Assembly: GCA_963693365.1 (NCBI GenBank)
Contig: CAVNZM010000002.1
Location: 6,461,943-6,525,942 of the forward strand
Length of the DNA stretch: 64,000 nucleotides
Direction of reading: 5' to 3'
DNA from: Amoebidium appalachense
Lineage: Eukaryota > Protista > Ichthyosporea
In this document: one piece after another, positions 50,937 to 64,000 of the stretch
Layout of the letters: each line of letters begins with the position of its first letter
How positions within the stretch are numbered: the first letter of the stretch is position 1
Made by a program: the position numbers and the translations under genes
Notes under the pieces: generated by a model
The model's database searches: none
Told to the model about the DNA's origin: nothing
The model's input: only the letters and a program-made list of their open reading frames with translations

Positions 50937-53542
50937 GTGTGCGCGTAGACTAGGCATTAGGCTTGCAGTCTTTGCGGGGGGGTGTGCCAGAGCAGAGCGG
51001 GCACACGTGGGAGAGGGGCCAGGGCTGCTTAACGCAGGACCGACCTTAAATGTGGAAATTCATGTAGTGCGTGGCGGGTAGCTCCACCGATCGGGCCGGT
51101 GTTGCCAGGCCGGGGTGCGGGTCAGGGCGGTTGGGGGTTTGTCCCCCGCCGGGCTTGTGGGGCGGTGTGAAGCCATCAAGACCACAGCCGGGCTTGGGGT
51201 ACTACATGGGACAGGCCTGAGGGGGGCTTCAGGGATAGAGGGGAGAGTGGCTTGGAGGGTCCGTGGTGGTGGGGGCCGCCGGAGGCGCGTCAGTGCCCGC
51301 GGGGGCGTTGGGCAGCTGGTTGCGGAGGTCGCGTAATTTGAAAATTCGTTTGGAGGGGCGTCGAGCCTGAGGGTTCTTGCTGCTCGGGGGTTACTGGGAA
51401 AGCCGGAACAGGGAGGGGAGGAGGGGCTTTGACGGGATTGGTTTTGGGATCAGGCACGACGGAGGCAGGGTCAAAGGCAGGTAAGTCCGGACGGATAAGG
51501 TTAACTGGGTCGGGTCAGGGGTTTTGGTAACGGGGGCGGGCAGCACGGTAGGCTGGCTGGGCAGAAACGTGGATGGGCAGGCAGCACGGTAGGCTGGCTG
51601 GGCAGAAACGTGGATGGGAACGACCGGACCTGGCAGCATGTGTAGCTGGCCGGGGTCGGGTGGCAACAGGGTGGGAACAGCTGCAGGGGAACTGGGGCCG
51701 TGCAGGGTTTGGGGTAGCTGAGATCTCGACGAGGCTGGCCTTGTGATCTGAGGAAAAAAAAAATGCTGCTGGAATGTGGGGCAGACCAATGGAATGTGAG
51801 GTATCCATCGACAGTGAAGTCATGGTGGGGGGAGACATGGCGGGAAACAGGGTGGGAAAACAGGGAAGGAGGCGGGTTGAACACGGTAAGCTGTTCTGGC
51901 AGGGACTTGGGGTCAGGACTCCTGAACAGTAGGAAAGCACAAGGTGCTTTGACTGGGTTTAACATAAGCGACGCGATTGGAGTACCGTATTTGAATACTC
52001 AGAAGGGCAAACGGGCAAGGACTATGAGCGAGGATAGTCAATGCGGATCGAAGCGGGGTGTGAAATTCTAGGCCATCGGGATTGAAAACGGGGTTTGAAA
52101 TTAGATGAGTGGTAGGGACTTAGATCACAGCGGCGCGGCGCGTGAGGGACCATGTCAGGAAATCTTCTTGAAGTGTCGAGGAACTTGTAGGGCGACTAGC
52201 CCTAACCGGGACGGAACAGGCAGGAGTGCAAGCCTAACTTGCGAGGAGGATACGAAGGCAAGCTGAACTTGCAAGGATGGCACGATTGTCAAGGTGTGAC
52301 AGAAGCTCGTGTCAAGAGTTGTCACGGAGTGTGAAAAGAAAATGTATAGCCGTAAGGGCTGTAGGTGCTCAACACAGAAGATGTGTTTGTAGCTTGCTGA
52401 TCTGCTGAAAACTGTCTTGCTTATATACCTAAGCCTACCGACCTGAGCCAATTGAAAATCGTTCCAGTGATATGTGAATCTGAATCGAACCAATCAAAAT
52501 CGGTCTAGCGATATGTGGAATCTGATGTTTTGATTAGCTAATAGGTGCCCGTGTGCGAGCGGCCAATCGCGAACTGCTAAAACACGAAACGAAGCCTACA
52601 TGGTTATGTCAATATCGAACACCCATCCTACGTGTTTACCCAGAAAAATATTTATGTCAATAAATTCCACAAATAAAACCTCGACGTCACAGTGAACAGC
52701 ACCTGGCCAGACTTCGCTGATGTTGCCTGCAAGGAAACTGGACTCCCTGCTTGTTGTGGTCCCATTGCACCCCGTGTAGACGTGTTTGACCAGAATGGAA
52801 ATCCTGTGCCAAACGGTTCCCAAGCAATGCTCGGCAGTAAAGGTTACATCTATCGTGTGGCACCAGCAAACATCGTTGCTAGCAATCAGAGAGACCCGCC
52901 GGCGGGCGTTGTGTGGAGAAAGATGAAACTGTGGAGCACACACTACAACGAAGGACCTGAAGCTGACGACATACTTATCAAGGTACACCTAACTACTTTT
53001 TCAGCTGGTGAACCTCGGGCTGACTGCAGCACAACTGCTGAGTTAATATCAATGTGACAGAATTATAACCAAGGGCTGAGATGGTTACTATTTATTATGA
53101 AAATTACTTTTTATTAGGAAATAATGCTTACGGATTCGTAATGCTATGCAAGTGTTGTTTACATACCTTAAATCAGTTCGACATGATCATTTCTCATGAA
53201 GTGCTAAATTTATTCGAAGCTAACCCTTTTCTAACAGGCCATGCAAGAAATGGTGTGCATCGACGTGTTTTCTGACACCCCTCTCATCATGGAGCTTCAT
53301 TCTGTCGACTGGGAAAACATCACCAACCTGACTGACGTGCCTCTGACCGACAGGCCCGACCTGGCCATCATCAGAACTATGTTTGTTGGGGCACTGACCC
53401 AGAGTAGAATCATCAAGGTAAGATATGTCTTCGTTGTAGAAACCACCATGGCATGCTATCTATCTTTTTGTTTTGGCAGCCTGTTCGTGATGATACTCAG
53501 GCCTGAGTGTAGATTACATACATATGCCTACCTCTTTCTACC

Positions 53543-53573
<31 letters not shown>

Positions 53574-53582
53574 AAAAAAAAA

Positions 53583-53613
<31 letters not shown>

Positions 53614-56600
53614 GAAAAAGAAGAAAGAAGAAACAAAATATTCCCGTTTTTTTTTTTTTTTTTTTTTTTTGGATAAATCAATGTATCAATTTTCTTTCCA
53701 CGTCTCTCTTGTCACGTGGCTAAGCCTTCTTTCACTTACACACGGTGGGGTCCAACGTGCACGTGTTTGGGTTTTCAGAGAGGCAGCTGTAATACCCTCC
53801 CCCCCCCCCCCTCCCCCCCCCTTCCCCCTCCCCCCCCCCCCCCCCACCCGCCCCTTTTCCCCCACAGTATTAATTAGTTTACTTACCTTGAGTCCCGTTT
53901 AAGAACACGCACACAGATTATGCCTGCAAACTTTACTACAGTCAGGTGCACCACGGTGTAAAAGGCTGACAATGGGAGGCGGTGCACGCCAGCCAGGAGG
54001 CACACACCACGGTTGCCAAGCAAAACACTGCATTATTCATGGCCATGGCTTCCATGTTAGTAATGCACATTAACCCTTTCCAACATCATATTGTAGTTGT
54101 TACCTAAGAATGCCCGAACCTAAACAGTTTCGTTCGAAGCTTCTTTCTCACTCTGCTTCTTTGCAGGACCTATCGGATATGATCCTGGAATCCCTGTCGT
54201 TGACGGGTCAAGACCTCACATACGACGTGACCAGCCAGTACTACAAGGAGTTTGTCGTCAACGGGGCTTGGGTGGCCCTGCCGCTAACAGCTGACGCTAG
54301 GATTGTTCTGTTCAACAAAACCACTTTCGACGCCCTCACTCAAAACGGCTTCCCGGTTGAGTATCCCCCACCATACGGCAACTGGTCGGACCCGTACATC
54401 GACTCTTGGGACTATGCAACATTTGTTGACACGGCCAAGAACATCACCAAGGGGCTACGTGCAATGGGGATTGAGAATGCTTACGGGTATGTGATCATGA
54501 AGTGCCATTACAATGGCTCACAACTTGTTTGGGAGGCTTGTAGGGCAAAAAGATCATAAAGCTTTCTTTAATGTATCTACTTTGGCACATCACTGCAGTC
54601 TGCATATTGGGTAGTCTATGTGTAAGCAGCCTGTTAAGCCCAACCAGTGGTAGTTGCTTTACACTCTGTATATATGACTGACTCAGTGGTAGATCTTGAG
54701 CCCAAGCACAAAACTACGAGTCGAATACCAATATGTTCTTTCTTCCACAGCTTCACGTTTGAACCACGAGACCGTGAGTGCCTCAAGCTTGTCAGCATGA
54801 TGGTGCGGCCATTCGGGGGACTTATGTTCCAACGGCTACTCAACGGCACCTACCTTTGCACTATGGACCAGCCGGGCTATCGCAAAGGACTCAACGACAC
54901 CATTATGGAGCTGGTTCGCAGCGGCTCCTGGGAGCCCACATTCCCAATGAGTGATCCAGACTTGGTCAAGTGGCTCCAAGATTGGCCTAACGTGAACAGG
55001 TAAGTGCAACCTTTGAATGTCTGTCCCATGCAAATTAGTCTGTTTTTATGATAGCGCTTGTGCAACAGTTGAACGGCTGAGTGCAAATTCCTTGCATACC
55101 TCATGAATTAATATTAGACAACAGCATCCGATGATGTGAGCCGTATAAATAATAAGGTCTGGCATTCATGGCTCATGTCCTTAGATCAGCTAAGATACTA
55201 ATGCTTCCACTTTGCAGGACAAAGATACCTTACGAGTCTTCATATTTGGAACCTGGCCACCCCATATATGGTATGCGGTTTGCGGCCTTCAACCACAACT
55301 ACCGCAACAACCCGGAGATGTTGGTTGCATATGCACCAGGGGGTCCCAGCTACAGTGGGGGCACGGGTATAGCCATGGTGACAACAAACAAAACTACCGT
55401 CAACACAAACGGAGTGCGGTGGAACTACATGAGCCTGGTTGCCAACAGGCAACGGCCGTATCTTCACGCAATGAACATGAGAATTGGCCGTGTGCCCCCC
55501 TACCTCGGCGCCCTTGACATGTTTCCGTGGAATACGCCTGAGTGGAGCACCCATGTTGAGCAACTCAAGCTGACTGCTGCCCCCTACTACCCGTTTAGCT
55601 CTCCTCCACAAATGGTTCCCATTATGGAGCAGGGCCCCACCCGTGCCATGGTGTTGGAGCTCATTTTGAAAAACGTGTCCATTGAGCAGGCAACGACGAC
55701 AGCGTGCGAGCAGGTCACGGAAATGTTCCGCCCCATTTGTGGCCCACAGCACCTTAATGCCGATTTAACTAACGAATGCAACCAGCCGCCTTACGGCTTC
55801 AAAGAGGTGTCATTCCAGTGGAAATGGGATGGTGTGTGCAAGGAAGGGATACCCCTTCCGGAGCCATTCATGATGGAGTGTCTGTATCTCGCTGATAGAA
55901 TGGGCATCGCTATGGCCTTCCACGCACTTACAGCGCTAGCAGTGGGGTTCATTGTTCTCATGCTCGTGTTTATATGGATCAAGCGAGATCACAAACTGTT
56001 GCGCGCAGGTAGTGTCATGTTTAGTTCCTTTATGCTTTTTGGTTGTATTCTGCTTTGTATTGCACCCAACTTCTTGCTGGGCCGACCTGAGGTATGGAAG
56101 CCTCATGTGGCTGTGTGGTGCTTCAGCATCGGCATTTCCACAACGTTCGGTGCTCTTCTCATCAAGGTACTTACTTACACCCCCCCCCCCCCCCCCCCTC
56201 CCCACACACACGCACACACACCTTCTTGCAACCCCTCCTCAACGTTAACCCCTCTCCGTCCTGATTTCCCTCACCATGCTCACCTGCCTCCCCTCCCGGC
56301 TTTAAGTATATCCCCATCCCCACCTCCCCCCCCCCCCCCCCCCCCCACGCCCCCCACCCCATACCCCCTCCTCCTTCGCCTACGCCCACCACAGTGCTCC
56401 ACTTTGCCCCTGCCCCACCTCAAAAAGACAAGATGAACGCGTGAAAGAGGAGGAAGCAAAAGGTTTCGCCTCTGTGATCACCATACACTGTATTGCGCTG
56501 TTATTCACACTACTTGAAAATGGCACACGCCCAAATCTAGAAGCCGCAACATAGAACAAATATCAATCACAGAGGGTCGAAAGGAGGCAGGAAGAAAAAA

Positions 56601-58615
56601 AAATCACGCATATGGCAACTATGCTGGTACACAATTCCATAACATCAACACCTCCACAGACGTGGCGCATCGGGCACATTTTCTACAATGTACACATGTC
56701 ATTGAGCAAGGACCGCCGTGGACTGCTGCAAGACGGCAGCCTTGTAGGTGTCTTGGCCGCCATCGTCTTTGTGCAAGTCATCTTGTGCGCCGTATATAGC
56801 AGCGTGGCCCCCATCACCGTGACATTTGAGTACATTACCACCACAGTAGACTATCCGGCAACAAGGTACAACAAGGCTGGAAAATTCACACTCGACGACG
56901 TGCAATTCACAACGTATTCTTTCGGCTCTACCGTACTGATGGCCATCATTCTCTACATTGCGGCACTGATTGTCTGCGCCTGCATCATGTCCTTCCGCAT
57001 CAGGAACGTGCCACATCAGTTTAAGGTGAGAGCCGTCCCCCCCCCCCCCCCTCCTCCTCCCCCCCCCCCCTCCCCCCCCCCCCCCCCTTCCCCTTGCACA
57101 TAACCGCGTTAGTGGCTCTTACTAGACAATCCGAATTTTACAGATCAACTCAAAATGTTTTACTTTAGAACTTGCTATGTCACGCCCCCTAACAGACGTG
57201 TGTACTATCATGTGAAAACTGCCTACTGCTTATAATAACTATTTCTTCCGCTCCCACAGGAAACCAAGCTGATCCTCGCTGTCGCCTACCAATGCGCAAT
57301 TACCGGCATCATCGTCGTTCCCATGCTGGTGTTTGTGGATACCCCAAAAGTGCGCCTTATCATCCTTTGGGCCGGCTGCTTCTCTGCTGCAGTATTCATC
57401 ACCAGCGTCTTCATGGTGCCCAAACTACTCGCCGTCACAAACCTCATCCACCTCTCCACCTCAAAATCATCCGCCACGCCGGGCCTGGGTTCGAAGTCAA
57501 AAACCGGTACCACACGTCGGTCTGGCCCTCGGACCGGCACGGACGGCAGCAAGACGAAAAGCAAGAGCCAAGGCCACGAGTCCACGGCTACGGACGGCAC
57601 GGAGGTTGAGCCCACGGCACACGAAAACAAACTGCGTGAAGAGCTGGCCCTCATGTCGGCCAAGCTGGCTGACCTGGAGAGCAAGATGCGCGTCATGGGC
57701 AACATCCACGTGGGCAACCGTCTGACCACCGTACACACCACCGTCGTGCCAGCCCTTATCCTGCCTGCCGAAAGCACAAACTATCCTCCTGTGGCAAGCG
57801 AGACTGTTGTCCGCTCCCAGGATGCACTTATGATTCCTGAAGAAGACGAGTGCTAACAAACTGTAAGAAAGATCAGCGTTATCAAACTTGCATAGCAACA
57901 TTATATTGATAGCCTGTGCCCATAAGGGTTTACGACAGAGTATTTATCGAGACCGGCTAAAAACTTGTGACTCTTAATGTTCATCTTGAAAAGGAGGTGG
58001 CACCAGCCAGCTCTGAGTGCAAGCAAGTGCAAGCACATGTTGTCGTTGTGAGCTAGCCAGCTGTGCATACTTGCTACACTGCCCTTTAAACAAATATAAA
58101 GAGCAAACCAGTACATATGTCTGTAACTTAATTTCTTCCATCTTGTCCTCGCGAGCTCGCTGCGCACGGTCTGCACTTTCTGGCGACTGTAACAGTACTG
58201 CCAGGGGTTTACGCTGTTTACTCGAGGCAAAGAGAACCAGTCTCAGGTATGGGGGGGGGGGGTTTTGCTCGGAATATCCCCTCAGCGGTATATCATGATC
58301 ACGTACATAGATGTCGGGTGGTGACTATATATCAGGGTTTACTTTCTCTACGAGACACCATAAAGAGGGGTTGCGTAATTACCGGCAGGCAAAACCTCGG
58401 GAATCAAACCTCGGGTGTCAAAAACTGCCCCATGGCTCATCGCGGCATCACACTCCTGTCGAAAGTCTGCCCTTGTGGCAAAGCACACCGTGGTACTACG
58501 CAAGCTAACTGGGCAGCATATTCACACGTGCACAGCCGTCAGTCATTTAAAGCCTGCTCACAGTTCGCTTTATAACCACCTGACTACATAGCTCTACCCT
58601 TAAGCCCCTTTCAAC

Positions 58616-62028
<3,413 letters not shown>

Positions 62029-62039
62029 GTGGGTGCATT

Positions 62040-62071
<32 letters not shown>

Positions 62072-62109
62072 TTCTTCTTCCCCCCCTTTTTTTTTGACGG
62101 TGTGTGTAT

Positions 62110-62144
<35 letters not shown>

Positions 62145-63846
62145 TGCCCGATAGGAGGTGTGTGGCAACATGCAATAGAGGTGTGCTTTTTTAGGGATAG
62201 AAGGAAGAGGGGGGGGGGGGGGGGGGGGGGGCATCTGGCTTGTTAACTGAAAGGAGTGAGTGAGAGTAGTTGGTGAGTGGGTGGTGTGGTTGGACGTTCT
62301 CAGAGGGGGGCTTGATCAGTGATATGGCATAAGAGGGCCACTTATCTGTGTCAAGTAGATGAATGTGGAGAGTGCGGAGGTGCTGTTTGGTTCATCTTGT
62401 TCACTTTTGGTCTGTGCAACGTGGTGAGTCATCGGGTGGCATGGAGTGGAGGGACGTGGTGGTGGTGTGCATCTGTGGGATGGAGTGAGTGGGGTGGGTG
62501 GGTGGGTGGGTGGGGGTGGGTGGTGGGGGTCGGGGTGGTGGTTGTGGTGGTGTTGAAAGGGGGGGAGGGGGGGGGGGGGGGGGGGGGAGGGAGGGGGTAC
62601 GAGGGGATTTCAAGGGGTAAGAGGGGATGACGTCAATATGGCTCCAATGTGACCTCGCATGCGATGATATGATTAACCTGTTCATACCGGCAAATTTCCC
62701 AACATCGAGTCGACTTGTCACTTTTCGACATGACCAAGTTTCTGCTGTAATGTGAGCATGAAGTTGATAAGAATTAGCAGAAGAAATTTTCACGAAAGTA
62801 AAATATATATTCATTCTTCGTTTTATGCCAAAAAAAAAATGAACTTTGACGTAGCACACGATACTTTGTCTATGGTGTAACTACGAAGGGTGCTTGCCGG
62901 CTCGATGAGTCAATGTCGACATCCAAATGCTGTCCATGCAAGCTTCTGTTGGACCTTGTGAAATTGGCAGAATCTGATTGGCCGGCTCAGTCGATATTCG
63001 ATGGCAGCTCCAAGATTTTCTCAAAATCTCGAAAGTCCCTTCAGAAACAGATATAAAAGTATACGAAATAATGATATTTTCTACAAACCATCATAGAAAC
63101 ATACGTAGGTAAGACATGCCTGTCGGTATATGCAATTTATTTGAGCTTTTTCTATCGAGTTTGAGCTGCAATAGAGTTGTTTAGAGCCGGTCGGGTCCCG
63201 ACCAAATCAATTAGTGCCGGCCCGAAGAGGCTAAAGACTTATGCGATATATGATAAACTGCCTCATTAAAAAAATCCTTGAAAAATGCCGACTAAGTCAT
63301 AAGAAGTCTCGATGAGGTTTATTTCACTGGTGTAATGCTGATATGTGATTGGTGCAGAATCCGCTTGATAGGATTGGCGAGGCTGTGCATGCAGTGGGGG
63401 GTCTCTTCTACGTGGACTTTGTGTCCAGTGGAGGTGTGTGGGTGGGGGTTTATGCACGGGTGGGTGAGGTGGTCGGGTAGGGCGGGGTGGGTGGAGGGAG
63501 GGGGGAGGGGGGAGGGGAAGGGGAGATGGGATGGGGGGTTGGTGTGTTTCACCAGCTGCTTGAATGTGCATAGGAATTGTCTGGTAGTTGTAGATTACAA
63601 GGGTGAAGTGGGTGGGTGTGTACGTGTGATGTGGGTTGCTTCTGTCTGCAATGTGTTCTGTGTTGGAAGAAGGAACTATCGTTAAAAATAAGATTCAAGA
63701 ACACACTCAAGGTGGGTATGGCTGTGTGCCAGGGAGAGGAAGGGGCCCCTGTTGCCTGGGAGTTAGTTGGACTCTGTGCCGTGTGTGAGGGGGGTTGAGA
63801 GTGTGTGTGCTTGGATGGGTGGAGGAAACACTGCCAAATCCCCCCC

Positions 63847-63877
<31 letters not shown>

Positions 63878-64000
63878 ACACCACCACCCACCCACTGTAA
63901 ATATGGTTGTGTATCATGGCGGCAGCGCAGATTGCATTTACAGTATGGGATCTGATCAATCTTGAGATGGGATCTTATCCTCGGCACTCATCGATTCGAG

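Larger units (their letters stand above)
48067..52682 (-). mobile_element. Ngaro/PAT-type DIRS-order retroelement with split direct repeats, decayed and likely non-autonomous
   Basis: 87-bp repeat at 48067-48153 and 48634-48720; 352-bp repeat at 48282-48633 and 52331-52682. On the minus strand this is the A1-ORFs-B1-A2-B2 layout. Tyrosine recombinase and RT remnant inside. Confidence 0.88.
47887..57856 (+). pseudogene. Class C GPCR-like receptor with solute-binding-protein domain, paralogue 3, exon 1 interrupted by a 4.6-kb insertion
   Basis: Exon 1a 47887-48066 (...KKPVVKITL) and exon 1b 52683-52982 (DVTVNSTWPDF...). Remaining exons 53238-53417, 54167-54486, 54751-54999, 55218-56166, 56660-57025, 57260-57856 are intact. 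Closest to paralogue 2. Confidence 0.88.

Noticed and set aside
62630-63320. Complex non-coding stretch in the aminotransferase intron, possible transposon remnant
   Set aside because: No terminal repeats, TSD or coding motif could be identified.

Overview
Intron-rich eukaryotic genomic DNA (GT-AG introns, CTAAC-type branch points, very long (CA)n/(AG)n microsatellites and G/C homopolymers). Most ORF-track entries are low-complexity artefacts. The host is not identifiable from sequence alone; a unicellular opisthokont or similar protist is a guess. Supported content: (1) 3' part of an uncharacterised multi-exon gene (400-9996; C2-like start, RFX/D5-like winged-helix end) with an intronic Tc1/mariner-type MITE. 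(2) Three tandem 7-exon paralogues encoding class C (GABA-B-like) 7TM receptors whose ectodomain resembles a bacterial sugar-binding solute-binding protein (type II) rather than a Venus flytrap. (3) Between paralogues 2 and 3, a 5'-truncated RNase H-bearing LINE and an apparently full-length Penelope-like element with N-terminal GIY-YIG (Naiad/Chlamys type). The Penelope-like element sits in a (GT)n microsatellite and carries an extra ORF and a highly structured terminal repeat. (4) A decayed Ngaro/PAT-type tyrosine-recombinase retroelement inserted into exon 1 of paralogue 3. (5) The first five exons of a class V aminotransferase that runs out of the window. All gene models and family calls are hand-made from splice signals, phase consistency and remembered motifs; no database search was run.
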